Origin: a virus
IMG/VR virus record: IMGVR_UViG_3300025120_010946
Span: 14,131 to 78,130 of that record
DNA: 64,000 bases
Strand: one strand, 5' to 3'
This document shows, piece after piece, positions 1 through 9,469 of this stretch. Below the pieces are notes generated by a model. The model made no database searches and was not told where the DNA came from. It saw only the letters and a list, made by a program, of their open reading frames with translations. The translations under genes were made by a program, and so were the position numbers. Each line of letters starts with the position of its first letter. Positions within the stretch are counted from its first letter, which is position 1.

Positions 1-543
1 GAGAATCAGATAAGTAATAGAAATTTTTTATCACCCACTGGTTTTAAGTTTACTCTTAGAAGAGCACCTAAAGTTGCTTTCTTTGGAAACTCAGCTAACT
101 TACCGGCAATCTCTATGGGGACTGCTATTCAATCAACTTATCTAAAGGATATTGATCGTCCTGGTGATAAGGTTGATTTTGGTGATTTTAATCTTCGTTT
201 TTTAGTTGATGAAAATTTAGAAAACTACTTAGAAATTTTCAATTGGATAAGAGGACTTGGGTATCCAGAAAGTTTAAAAGAAATATATGACTTTCAAGGA
301 GGAGTTGAAAACTTTCTCCAACCTCCTAATTCGGATTTAAATTTATTCTCTGACGCAACTCTACAAATTTTAACTAGTCACGAGAATCCTAATTTTAAAG
401 TGGTATTTCAAGATATGTTCCCTACTGAATTATCTACATTAAACTTTGATGCTACGAATGAGGATATTCAATACTTTACAGCAGATGTCACTTTCAAGTA
501 TACTATCTACAATATAACTGATATGTCCGGCAAAAAATTATGA
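1..543 (+). CDS. gp3: T4 gp3-like tail completion / tail tube terminator protein (5'-truncated by the window)
   Basis: Frame open from base 1 (ENQISNRNFLSPTGFKF...); NFLSPTGFKF, FLVDENLENY and FPTELSTLNFDA motifs; sits directly before uvsY as in T4-like cyanophages. Confidence 0.8.
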   Translation, partial: ENQISNRNFLSPTGFKFTLRRAPKVAFFGNSANLPAISMGTAIQSTYLKDIDRPGDKVDFGDFNLRFLVDENLENYLEIFNWIRGLGYPESLKEIYDFQGGVENFLQPPNSDLNLFSDATLQILTSHENPNFKVVFQDMFPTELSTLNFDATNEDIQYFTADVTFKYTIYNITDMSGKKL

Positions 544-977
544 GTCTTGATCTTGAAACTATTCAAGAGATGTGGAAAAAGGATTCTGATATCGATAGGG
601 ATAACTTACATGAAGAGTCTTTAAAAATCCCATCTCTACATGCAAAATACTTTGAATTATATAATACTATATTTCTTCTTAGAAAGAAAGCAGAACAACA
701 AAGAAAAAATATAAGACATGAAAGATATGAATATTATTCTGGAAAAGCAGATCCAGATACATATATTCATGATCCTTTTCCCAAAAAAGTTAGAGATAAG
801 GACACTATGCAAAAATATCTAGATGCGGATGAGAAACTTTCAGGAGTTTCTTTAAAAATAGATTATTATGACACAATGCTTGTTTATATTGAGAGTATAT
901 TAAAACAAGTGAGTAATAGAACATATCATATCAAAAACGCGATTGAATTTATGAGGTTTAATTCAGGACTAGGATAA
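540..977 (+). CDS. uvsY: UvsY recombination mediator
   Basis: 145 aa, ESLKIPSLHAKY, YYSGKA, IKNAIEF; synteny gp3-uvsY-uvsW. Confidence 0.88.
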   Translation: MSLDLETIQEMWKKDSDIDRDNLHEESLKIPSLHAKYFELYNTIFLLRKKAEQQRKNIRHERYEYYSGKADPDTYIHDPFPKKVRDKDTMQKYLDADEKLSGVSLKIDYYDTMLVYIESILKQVSNRTYHIKNAIEFMRFNSGLG

Positions 978-1186
978 TGGAGGAGGAGTTCGAACCAAGT
1001 CAAGAATTTGATTACACAGTTAATCTAACAATAGACGACATTTATTTGTTGCACCACTGTGTTCTAAAAAGGATTGAAAATTGGGAAGGATCTCCAGCAA
1101 GACATCCGATGGAACAACAACATTTATGGATGTTGAGAGACTCTTTGTATAGAATGATATTAGAATATAAATTTGAAAATATGTGA
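977..1186 (+). CDS. Hypothetical protein
   Basis: 69 aa ORF coupled to the uvsY stop (TAATG). Confidence 0.6.
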   Translation: MEEEFEPSQEFDYTVNLTIDDIYLLHHCVLKRIENWEGSPARHPMEQQHLWMLRDSLYRMILEYKFENM

Positions 1187-1192
1187 TAAATA
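1187..1192 (+). promoter_or_regulatory. gp55-type late promoter core (TAAATA)
   Basis: ATAAATA just upstream of uvsW, which is a late gene in T4. Confidence 0.55.
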
Positions 1193-1203
1193 TTCATAGA
1201 TGA

Positions 1204-2685
1204 TTGATCATCGTGAATACAACAGATCTTGTTATTTCCAAATCAAACGAAGTATTTTTAAAAATTAACACTGAACCTCATATCGAATATGAGCTAAGAG
1301 ATCATTTTAAATTTGAAGTTCCAAACGCCAAATTTATGCCACAATATCGTGGTAAAAATTGGAATGGAGAGATTCATTTATATGATATGCGTTCGAAGCA
1401 AATCTATGTCGGACTACTAGACAAGATTATTCAATTTTGTGAAAACTACAGATATAGTTACTCTTTTGAAAATAATAAATTCTACGGACAACCCTTTGAA
1501 GTAAATGATGAAATATCATTAGAGGGTGTCAAAGGATTTATGAATTCTATTTGTGCTCATACTCCACGTCAATATCAAATTGAGGGAGTATACGATGCTT
1601 TAAAGCACAATAGAAAGCTATTGATAAGCCCCACTGCGAGCGGCAAATCTCTGATGATTTATTCAATAGTAAGATATTATTTTGACAAAGGACAAAAAAT
1701 TCTTCTAGTTGTTCCAACGACATCTCTTGTAGAACAGATGTACAAGGATTTTGATGACTATGGTTGGGATGCTGAGTCATATTGTCACAAAATTTATAGT
1801 GGTAGGGAAAAGAACAGTGATGCTCCCGTCACTATTACCACATGGCAATCTATCTATAAGTTAGAAAGAAGTTGGTTTGAAGAATATGAAGTTGTGATCG
1901 GAGATGAAGCACATTTATTCAAGTCTAAGTCATTAATCAACATCATGACTAAACTTCATCATGCAAAGTATAGATTTGGATTCACTGGTACTTTAGACGG
2001 CACTCAGACGCATAAGTGGGTGTTAGAGGGAGTTTTTGGACCTTCATATAAAGTGACAAGAACTGACGAATTGATGAGACAAGGACACCTTTCTCAGTTG
2101 GATATTCAGTGTCTTGTTCTCAAGCATAAACCAAAATTGTTTGAAACTTATAATGATGAAATTGAATACCTTATTTCTCATGAGCAAAGAAATAAATTTA
2201 TTACTAATTTATCACTTGATCTCAAAGGGAATACACTTATCCTTTTTGCAAGAGTTGAGGCTCATGGAGAGATACTCTACAATCAGATAAATAATAACAA
2301 GGGTGACAACCGAAAGGTATTTTTTGTACACGGTGGTATTGGTGCTGAAGAACGAGAATTAGTAAGAGAGATTACCGAACGAGAAAACAACGCTATTATC
2401 GTTGCATCTTATGGAACTTTTTCTACAGGTATCAATATTAAAAATCTCCATAATGTTATCTTTGCCTCTCCAAGTAAGTCCAGAATCCGCAATCTTCAAA
2501 GTATTGGACGAGTTCTTAGAAAAGGAAAAGGAAAATTAAAAGCAACTCTGTATGATATTGCAGATGACTGCTCTACAAAAACAAAAAAGAATTATACATT
2601 AAACCATCTTATAGAAAGAATAAAAATCTATAACGAAGAAAATTTTAATTATGATATCATAACCATTCATCTAAAAAGAACATGA
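1204..2685 (+). CDS. uvsW: UvsW SF2 DNA/RNA helicase
   Basis: Walker A SPTASGKS, DEAH box, TGT, QSIGRVLR; true start may be GTG at 1213. Confidence 0.95.
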   Translation: MIIVNTTDLVISKSNEVFLKINTEPHIEYELRDHFKFEVPNAKFMPQYRGKNWNGEIHLYDMRSKQIYVGLLDKIIQFCENYRYSYSFENNKFYGQPFEVNDEISLEGVKGFMNSICAHTPRQYQIEGVYDALKHNRKLLISPTASGKSLMIYSIVRYYFDKGQKILLVVPTTSLVEQMYKDFDDYGWDAESYCHKIYSGREKNSDAPVTITTWQSIYKLERSWFEEYEVVIGDEAHLFKSKSLINIMTKLHHAKYRFGFTGTLDGTQTHKWVLEGVFGPSYKVTRTDELMRQGHLSQLDIQCLVLKHKPKLFETYNDEIEYLISHEQRNKFITNLSLDLKGNTLILFARVEAHGEILYNQINNNKGDNRKVFFVHGGIGAEERELVREITERENNAIIVASYGTFSTGINIKNLHNVIFASPSKSRIRNLQSIGRVLRKGKGKLKATLYDIADDCSTKTKKNYTLNHLIERIKIYNEENFNYDIITIHLKRT

Positions 2686-3101
2686 TAGAAGATGATTTTT
2701 ACGCAACAATAAAATTAAAATCAGGTGAAGAAATATTTTGTAAAGTGGCTGCAGAGGAAGAAGAAGAAAGAACTATTCTAGTAGTGTCTAATCCTATTGT
2801 TATTAAAGAAATAAAAGGAAGAATTGGAATGATTGGATATAAGGTAGAACCTTGGTTAAGAACTAGTAGTGATGATATGTTCTTTTTAAATTTAAATGAT
2901 GTATTAACAATGTCTGAGTCAACAGATATTGAGATGATTATGATGCATCAACAATATGTAAGGAAAGCAGATAACGATCCTAATTCTGGATCTAGTAATC
3001 ATAAACTTGATAAAAAGATGGGATATCTTTCTAGTGTAAATGATGCAAGAGAAATACTAGAGAAGTTATATAATAGTTCTTCTAGTAAAGATATTAAGTA
3101 G
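2682..3101 (+). CDS. Conserved hypothetical protein, probable Sm-like fold
   Basis: IKLKSGEEIF...VEPWL pattern shared with ORFs at 15521 and 15828. Confidence 0.6.
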   Translation: MIEDDFYATIKLKSGEEIFCKVAAEEEEERTILVVSNPIVIKEIKGRIGMIGYKVEPWLRTSSDDMFFLNLNDVLTMSESTDIEMIMMHQQYVRKADNDPNSGSSNHKLDKKMGYLSSVNDAREILEKLYNSSSSKDIK

Positions 3102-3137
3102 TTAAGCTATAGCTGTCTCTTCAAACCCAACAAAGTT

Positions 3138-3166
3138 ATTCTACACAACTTTTAGATACTTGTCAA
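3138..3166 (-). promoter_or_regulatory. Leftward sigma70-type promoter TTGACA-17-TAGAAT with extended -10 TG
   Basis: Reverse complement of 3138-3166 reads TTGACA agtatctaaaagttgtg TAGAAT. Confidence 0.6.
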
Positions 3167-3188
3167 GTATATGTTTTAGTGGTATACT
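3160..3188 (+). promoter_or_regulatory. Sigma70-type promoter for gp55 (TTGTCA-17-TATACT)
   Basis: 17-nt spacing, 25 nt upstream of the gp55 start. Confidence 0.6.
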
Positions 3189-3213
3189 TTATACATAATG
3201 ATGAGATATAGTT

Positions 3214-3759
3214 ATGATACAACCAGGCATGACTAAAAGAAAAAGATCAGAACATTATGTTAATAATAAAGAGTTTCTTGCTGCTCTGATTGAATATAGA
3301 ACATTATCCGAAGTTTCATATAGAAAGAAATTTGGAAAGATTCTTTCAGAGCAAGACAAGTCAGAAAGAGCAAGAAGGTGGGATACTAAACCAACTATTC
3401 CAAGGTATATTGGAGAGTGTTTTCTTAAAATTGCAACTCACTTATCATTCAAACCAAATTTTGTGAACTACATGTTCAAGGATGATATGGTTTCTGATGG
3501 TATTGAAAATTGTGTGCAGTATATTCATAATTTCAATCCTGAGAAGTCTCAGAATCCATTTGCATATTTTACACAAATTATTCATTACGCTTTTTTGAGA
3601 CGGATTCAAAGAGAGAAGCGTCAGTTAGAAATTAAAAACAAGATTCTAGAGAAGTCTGGATACAGCGAGGTGTTTGACGATAACAATACCCTTGACGGAG
3701 ACAACTATTCCAACTATAATTCCATCAAGGATGCTGTCCACTCAAAACTTCGGTATTAA
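3214..3759 (+). CDS. gp55: Late transcription sigma factor gp55
   Basis: HYVNNKEFL, YIGECFLKIA, NPFAYFTQI, AFLRRIQREK motifs. Confidence 0.95.
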   Translation: MIQPGMTKRKRSEHYVNNKEFLAALIEYRTLSEVSYRKKFGKILSEQDKSERARRWDTKPTIPRYIGECFLKIATHLSFKPNFVNYMFKDDMVSDGIENCVQYIHNFNPEKSQNPFAYFTQIIHYAFLRRIQREKRQLEIKNKILEKSGYSEVFDDNNTLDGDNYSNYNSIKDAVHSKLRY

Positions 3760-4799
3760 TGAAAATTGCTATCATTACTGATCAGCATTTTGGTGCTCGT
3801 AAAAACTCTAAACTCTTTCACAACTATTTTCTTAAATTCTACAATGATATTTTCTTCCCCTATCTAGAGGATAATGGTATCACTACAATTGTAGATATGG
3901 GTGATACATTTGATAATCGCACTGGTATTAACTTTGGTGCCTTAGCATGGGCGAAAGATAATTACTACGATAGACTTGAACAAATGGGAATTACCGTTCA
4001 TACTATCGTTGGTAATCATACTGCATTTTATAAAAATACAAACGAAGTAAATGCTGTAGATCTCCTTTTACGTGAATATAACAACGTTCGCATTTATTCT
4101 TCTCCTGAAGAAGCAATGTTAGGTGATTTAAAAATTCTTTTTATTCCATGGATCAATGAAGATAATAGTAAGAGCACTTTCACTGCTATTGAAAATACAA
4201 GTTGCAAGTGCGCGATGGGGCACCTTGAACTACGCGGATTTAGAGCTCATCGCGGCTGCGTCATGGAGCATGGTTTTGAAAGCAAATTATTTAAGAAGTT
4301 CACCAAGGTCTTCTCGGGACACTACCACACTAGATCGGATGATCAGAAAATCTTCTACCTAGGTAATCCGTATGAGATGTTTTGGAATGATGTGAATGAT
4401 ACTAGAGGTTTTACAATATTTGATACTGAAACTCTAGAGCATACTCATATTGATAATCCATATAGAATGTTCTATAATATCTTCTATGAAGATAATGACT
4501 ATCAAACATTTGATGCAAGAGAATATGAGAATAAGATTGTAAAAATTATCGTTAGAAAAAAATCAAACACTAAAAAGTTTGAAAAGTTTATTGATAAATT
4601 GTACTCTGTCGGTGTTGCTGATCTCAAAACTGTAGAAAATTTTGAGGTGGGAGATCCTGAAGAGTTTGAAGTATTTGAGTCAGAAGACACTCTGTCTATT
4701 TTAGATAGATATATTCAAGAAGCGGAAATAAATCTTGATAAGTCCATTCTTCAAGACATTATGAGAAAAACTTACCAGGAGGCATGTGAGTTAATTTAA
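3759..4799 (+). CDS. gp47: Recombination endonuclease subunit gp47 (Mre11/SbcD-like)
   Basis: Metallophosphoesterase motifs DQH, GD, GNH, GHYH. Confidence 0.95.
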   Translation: MKIAIITDQHFGARKNSKLFHNYFLKFYNDIFFPYLEDNGITTIVDMGDTFDNRTGINFGALAWAKDNYYDRLEQMGITVHTIVGNHTAFYKNTNEVNAVDLLLREYNNVRIYSSPEEAMLGDLKILFIPWINEDNSKSTFTAIENTSCKCAMGHLELRGFRAHRGCVMEHGFESKLFKKFTKVFSGHYHTRSDDQKIFYLGNPYEMFWNDVNDTRGFTIFDTETLEHTHIDNPYRMFYNIFYEDNDYQTFDAREYENKIVKIIVRKKSNTKKFEKFIDKLYSVGVADLKTVENFEVGDPEEFEVFESEDTLSILDRYIQEAEINLDKSILQDIMRKTYQEACELI

Positions 4800-5077
4800 T
4801 GTTTATTCTAACTGTAGAGGGGAAGGAAGATCATGGAGCTTACTCTGTTGTAGATGAGTCTGGAGAAAAAATTCTCTACTTATTTGAGGAAGAAGATGAT
4901 GCTTCTCGTTATGCCATGCAGTTAGAAGATGAACATGGATATCCAGATATGAATATTGTTGAAGTAGAAGATGATATAATGCTTAAAACATGCCACATTC
5001 ATGAGTGTGAGTATGCTATAATATCTAAGAACGACATCGTAGTTCCGCCAGAAACCGAAACATATGATTTTATTTGA
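4799..5077 (+). CDS. Conserved acidic hypothetical protein
   Basis: 92 aa, LYLFEEEDDASRYA; coupled between gp47 and gp46. Confidence 0.65.
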   Translation: MFILTVEGKEDHGAYSVVDESGEKILYLFEEEDDASRYAMQLEDEHGYPDMNIVEVEDDIMLKTCHIHECEYAIISKNDIVVPPETETYDFI

Positions 5078-6776
5078 GAAGATTCGTTGGAAGAATTTTC
5101 TTTCAACGGGTAATCACTTTACTGAAGTTAAACTAAACGAAAACGGTAATACGATGATTATCGGCACTAATGGTGCTGGTAAATCAACAATTCTTGATGC
5201 TCTTACCTTTTCTCTTTTTGGCAAAGCATTTCGTAAGATTAATAAACCCTTACTACCAAATACGGTTAATGAGAAAGATTGCGTTGTAGAAGTTGAGTTT
5301 TCTATAGGAAACATTCTATGGAAAGTGGTAAGAGGTATTAAACCCGCCATTTTTCAAATTTATCGTAATGGTGAACAATTAAATCAAGACGCTGCAGCAA
5401 ACGATCAGCAGAAGTGGTTTGAGAAAAATGTTCTAAAAATGAACTACAAATCGTTTACGCAGATTGTAATTCTTGGTAGTAGCACCTTTGTGCCCTTTAT
5501 GCAACTCTCTGCAATTAATCGCCGTGAAGTTATTGAAGATTTGCTTGATATCAAGATATTTTCTTCCATGAATTCTGTGATTAAAGGTAAGATTAGTGTT
5601 CTAAAAGACGAAATTAAGACTTTGAATTTAAAAAAAGAGTCTTTGAGTGACAAAGTGGCGATGCAAAGTCGTTTTATTGAACAATTGGAGTCTCAGGGTA
5701 AGGAAAATATCTCTAAAAATAAGGAAAAGGTAACTGAACAAAACAAATTGATTGATCTTTACCTTAAAGAAGTAGGTTTGACAGAAGAAAAGGTGTTTGG
5801 ATACCTTAAAGAACAGGAATATGTCACTGGTGCAACAGAAAAACTGCGTAAATTGAGTGGGTTGAAGGGTAAAATCACTCAAAAAGCAGCAATGCTTACA
5901 AAAGAGCATAAGTTCTTCACAGAGAATACGGTTTGTCCTACATGTACACAATCAATCGAAGAGGACTTCAGAATAAATAAGATTGACGACGCTCAAAATG
6001 TAGCAAAAGAGTTGCAATCTGGTTTGAAAGATCTGGATGAGGCAATTAATGAGGAACAGGAGCGAGAGCGTCAATTTACAACCCTTTCAAAGGAGATTTC
6101 TAAACTACAGAATGGCATTTCTCAAAACAATGTTAGGATTACTGGATGTCAGAGACAAATCAGTAATCTGGAATCGGAAGTTCAAGAGCTTACCGAGCAA
6201 CTTGCAAACCGAAATACTGAACATGAGAAGCTAGAAACCTTCAAAGACAATTTAAAAACTACATTTGACGATTTAGCGTCAAGAAAGGACACAATTAACT
6301 ACTACGATTTTTCGTATAGTTTGCTTAAGGACGGTGGAGTTAAAACAAAAATCATTAAGAAGTATCTTCCTCTGATTAATCAGCAGGTGAACCGTTATCT
6401 ACAGATGATGGACTTTTATATTAACTTTACTCTTGATGAAGAATTTAACGAAACCGTTAAGTCCCCAATACATGAGGATTTTTCCTATTCTTCTTTCAGC
6501 GAGGGAGAGAAGATGAGAATAGATCTAGCACTTTTGTTCACCTGGAGGGAAGTAGCAAGGATGAAAAACTCAGTAAACACCAATTTGCTGATAATGGATG
6601 AAGTATTTGACAGTTCTCTTGACGGATTTGGTACTGATGAATTTTTGAAAATTATTAGATTTGTTATTAAGGATGCAAATATTTTTGTTATCTCTCATAA
6701 AGAATCTTTATTTGATAAATTTGAAAATTTGATTAAGTTTGAAAAAGTAAAAGGGTTTAGTAGAATAGTTAGTTAA
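5064..6776 (+). CDS. gp46: Recombination endonuclease subunit gp46 (Rad50/SbcC-like)
   Basis: Walker A GTNGAGKS, zinc hook CPTC, signature FSEGE, Walker B LIMDE. Confidence 0.96.
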   Translation: MILFEKIRWKNFLSTGNHFTEVKLNENGNTMIIGTNGAGKSTILDALTFSLFGKAFRKINKPLLPNTVNEKDCVVEVEFSIGNILWKVVRGIKPAIFQIYRNGEQLNQDAAANDQQKWFEKNVLKMNYKSFTQIVILGSSTFVPFMQLSAINRREVIEDLLDIKIFSSMNSVIKGKISVLKDEIKTLNLKKESLSDKVAMQSRFIEQLESQGKENISKNKEKVTEQNKLIDLYLKEVGLTEEKVFGYLKEQEYVTGATEKLRKLSGLKGKITQKAAMLTKEHKFFTENTVCPTCTQSIEEDFRINKIDDAQNVAKELQSGLKDLDEAINEEQERERQFTTLSKEISKLQNGISQNNVRITGCQRQISNLESEVQELTEQLANRNTEHEKLETFKDNLKTTFDDLASRKDTINYYDFSYSLLKDGGVKTKIIKKYLPLINQQVNRYLQMMDFYINFTLDEEFNETVKSPIHEDFSYSSFSEGEKMRIDLALLFTWREVARMKNSVNTNLLIMDEVFDSSLDGFGTDEFLKIIRFVIKDANIFVISHKESLFDKFENLIKFEKVKGFSRIVS

Positions 6777-6844
6777 GAACTATTGCGTGACATCACGAAA
6801 AGGTTAAGTATAACAAGAACTTCATTAAGTTAGCATACGCTGAC

Positions 6845-6850
6845 TAAATA
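6845..6850 (+). promoter_or_regulatory. Late promoter core TAAATA
   Basis: CTAAATA in intergenic DNA about 70 nt upstream of the ORF at 6919. Confidence 0.5.
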
Positions 6851-6918
6851 ATAACAGAATTGGAGAGAACCATGCTCTAAGTCTCCTTCGTTATTATTTT
6901 ATTGTATTGGAGAGTATC

Positions 6919-7101
6919 ATGCATAACATCATCTCACATAATCAACTAGCCGGTTGGAAACAGAGTGTGAACCACTTACAAACAACTATCTCATCAGTAA
7001 ACAATCAGAGTGATGCTCTGAACGACTATTACAACTGCCTGATTGAGTGTGATGAACGTCAACACATCTGTAAAAAAATCTGCAAATCAGTACTAGAGTA
7101 A
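6919..7101 (+). CDS. Small protein with C-terminal twin CX3C motif
   Basis: GGAGAG SD then ATG at 6919; MHNIISHNQLAGW...CLIEC-x6-CKKIC. Confidence 0.7.
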   Translation: MHNIISHNQLAGWKQSVNHLQTTISSVNNQSDALNDYYNCLIECDERQHICKKICKSVLE

Positions 7102-7145
7102 ACCAAAGCAAAGAAAACGGGACACTAGGAGAACTGTCACTCAGC

Positions 7146-7168
7146 AACCCTCGCTTCGGCGGGGGTTT
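7146..7168 (+). terminator. Stem-loop with C(UUCG)G tetraloop, probable intrinsic terminator
   Basis: AACCCTCGC-TTCG-GCGGGGGTT followed by a short T tract. Confidence 0.65.
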
Positions 7169-7198
7169 AGTATTATAGATGCATCAGCAGGGAAACCT

Positions 7199-9274
7199 AT
7201 GACAGTCAAGCATGAAATCAAATCACAACTTGCAAAACTCCTTGCAACAGAAGATCTGGTGGTAGAGCACAGAAGGGTTTCCACTGCTCAGTTTGACGTT
7301 CATGATCGTGTTTTGACTCTTCCGATGTGGGACAAAGCAAGTAATATTGTATATGATCTTTTGGTGGGACATGAAGTAGGACACGCACTTTTTACTCCTG
7401 ATGAGAATTGGTTAGAAAAGAAAAAAATTCCACCTCAGTTTGTGAATGTTGTGGAAGATGCTCGTATCGAAAAGTTGATGAAACGTAAGTATGCTGGACT
7501 ATTAAAAACTTTCTACCATGGCTATAAGGAATTACAAGAAGAAGACTTTTTCTCTATATCTGACAGCAATATTTCTGATCTCAATCTTGCTGATCGTGCA
7601 AATTTATACTTTAAGATTGGTAATTTTATAGATTTTTCTTTCACCGATGAAGAGAAAGAAATTATTCTCATGATTCAAAATTGTGAGACTTTTGATGAAG
7701 CATTGGATGCTGCTGAAGTATTATATAAACATTGTAAACAATCTAATAAACCTGAAAATAATAATCTTGATGCTCCTCAATCCCAGCAGGAATCAAAAGA
7801 AGAACAAGAAGATCAAAGTGAAGAATCTAAACCCGAAGGGATGATTGAAGATTTCTCTCAAGGGGAAAGTGATGTGAGAAGTGAACCTGAGGTTCAAACT
7901 GCTGATTCTCTTTCAGAAAATATAAAGGGGTTAGTAGAAGAATATGGATCTGAAAATGTATATGTTGAGGTTCCTAATGTAAACCTTGATAGCGTCATCG
8001 CTTCAAATGTGGTTGTTCATGAATACATTGACTCCAAATTTGATTATCAAGAAAAACTTGGTTCTGATATGGGATGTGATATTTTTGAGAAAGTTGATAG
8101 TGAATATTTTCAATTCAAACGCTCTGCACAGAAAGAAGTAAGTTATCTTGTAAAAGAGTTTGAATGTAAGAAAGCAGCAGACTCTTATGCCCGTGCCACC
8201 ACAGCACGCACTGGTATTCTTGATTGCACTAAACTTCATACTTACAAATATAATGAGGATCTCTTTCGTAAGGTAACCACACTTGCGGACGGCAAAAATC
8301 ATGGATTAGTGTTTATGCTTGATTGGAGTGGTTCTATGCAACATACTCTCTTAGACACTTGCAAACAGATGTTTAATCTTCTGTGGTTTTGTAAGAAAGT
8401 TGGTATTCCTTTTGAAGTATATGCATTTACAAATGAGTGGTTCATTCCTGAGGACGGTAATCCTGCAAATATTGTTCCTCATTACGAAAAGAAAGAAAAT
8501 CAACTTGTCGTTAATGATGATTTTAATTTGATGAACATTCTTACTAGTAAGACTTCAGTAAGAGAACTAGAGAAGCAGATGCTCAACGTATGGCGTCACG
8601 CAGTTTATTTTGACAAACCCTATCAAATGTATTATCAAATTGGTAGGAAGATGTCTCTCTCTGGTACACCTCTTAATGAGGCTCTGGTTTGTCTTCATCA
8701 AATTCTTCCTAAGTTTCAGAGAGATAATAAACTACAGAAAGTTCAATGTATTGTTTTGACGGATGGAGAGGCATGTCCTCTTGGATATCACAGGTATATC
8801 AAACGTTACTGGGAAAATAATACAGAGTTTTTAGGAATTGGACGTTTTGATCCTTACAAATCTACTCTTCGTGATAGAAAAACCGGTAACACGTATAAGT
8901 TTGATGGTGGATATTCTGTTTTTGTTGACGTTATGATAAAAAATCTTAAAGACAATTTTCCAAATGTTAATTTTATTGGCATTCGTTTGCTTGCTCCAAG
9001 AGACGCTAATTCATTCTTGAAACTTTATTATGAGGGTATGCCTGAACTGTCTAAACTACAATCTGAATGGAGAAAGGAAAGAAGTTTTGTTATCCGCAAC
9101 TCTGGATATGACGCATACTTTGGACTTTCTTGTAATGCTCTATCTCAAGACGTTGAGTTTGATGTTGATGAGGGTGCTACTAAGGCAAAGATAAAATCTG
9201 CATTTGCCAAAAGTCTCAAGATTAAGAAACTAAATAAAAAAGTTCTGGGAGAATTTATCTCCCTTGTGGCATGA
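7199..9274 (+). CDS. Metallopeptidase-vWA protein (CobT-like partner of the AAA+ ATPase)
   Basis: HEVGH zincin motif, NVVEDARIE, acidic linker, MIDAS DWSGS, GTPL, LTDG. Confidence 0.85.
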   Translation: MTVKHEIKSQLAKLLATEDLVVEHRRVSTAQFDVHDRVLTLPMWDKASNIVYDLLVGHEVGHALFTPDENWLEKKKIPPQFVNVVEDARIEKLMKRKYAGLLKTFYHGYKELQEEDFFSISDSNISDLNLADRANLYFKIGNFIDFSFTDEEKEIILMIQNCETFDEALDAAEVLYKHCKQSNKPENNNLDAPQSQQESKEEQEDQSEESKPEGMIEDFSQGESDVRSEPEVQTADSLSENIKGLVEEYGSENVYVEVPNVNLDSVIASNVVVHEYIDSKFDYQEKLGSDMGCDIFEKVDSEYFQFKRSAQKEVSYLVKEFECKKAADSYARATTARTGILDCTKLHTYKYNEDLFRKVTTLADGKNHGLVFMLDWSGSMQHTLLDTCKQMFNLLWFCKKVGIPFEVYAFTNEWFIPEDGNPANIVPHYEKKENQLVVNDDFNLMNILTSKTSVRELEKQMLNVWRHAVYFDKPYQMYYQIGRKMSLSGTPLNEALVCLHQILPKFQRDNKLQKVQCIVLTDGEACPLGYHRYIKRYWENNTEFLGIGRFDPYKSTLRDRKTGNTYKFDGGYSVFVDVMIKNLKDNFPNVNFIGIRLLAPRDANSFLKLYYEGMPELSKLQSEWRKERSFVIRNSGYDAYFGLSCNALSQDVEFDVDEGATKAKIKSAFAKSLKIKKLNKKVLGEFISLVA

Positions 9275-9408
9275 ACTGGAAAGAAATAGCACTACAGAGC
9301 GAAACTGATCCAAAGATTCGTAAAGTTCTTTTAGAAGGACCTAAAAAACTCACAGATGCATGGTTGCTAGGTGCAATGATGTTTAAGTATGGACGGTATG
9401 CTAAGTGA
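9271..9408 (+). CDS. Small hypothetical protein (45 aa, MNWKEIALQSE...)
   Basis: ATGA overlap with the upstream stop; below the ORF-track cutoff. Confidence 0.55.
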   Translation: MNWKEIALQSETDPKIRKVLLEGPKKLTDAWLLGAMMFKYGRYAK

Positions 9409-9469
9409 ACACTGGGGTGGTTTTGCCTCTCCTTTTTGTGTATAATATGAAAGTAAACAACAAAGGAAC

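Noticed and set aside
6798-6830. Pho box (AGGTTAAG resembles a reversed half-site)
   Set aside because: The TTAAG copies are 21 nt apart with no 11-nt periodic tandem, and no phosphate gene follows
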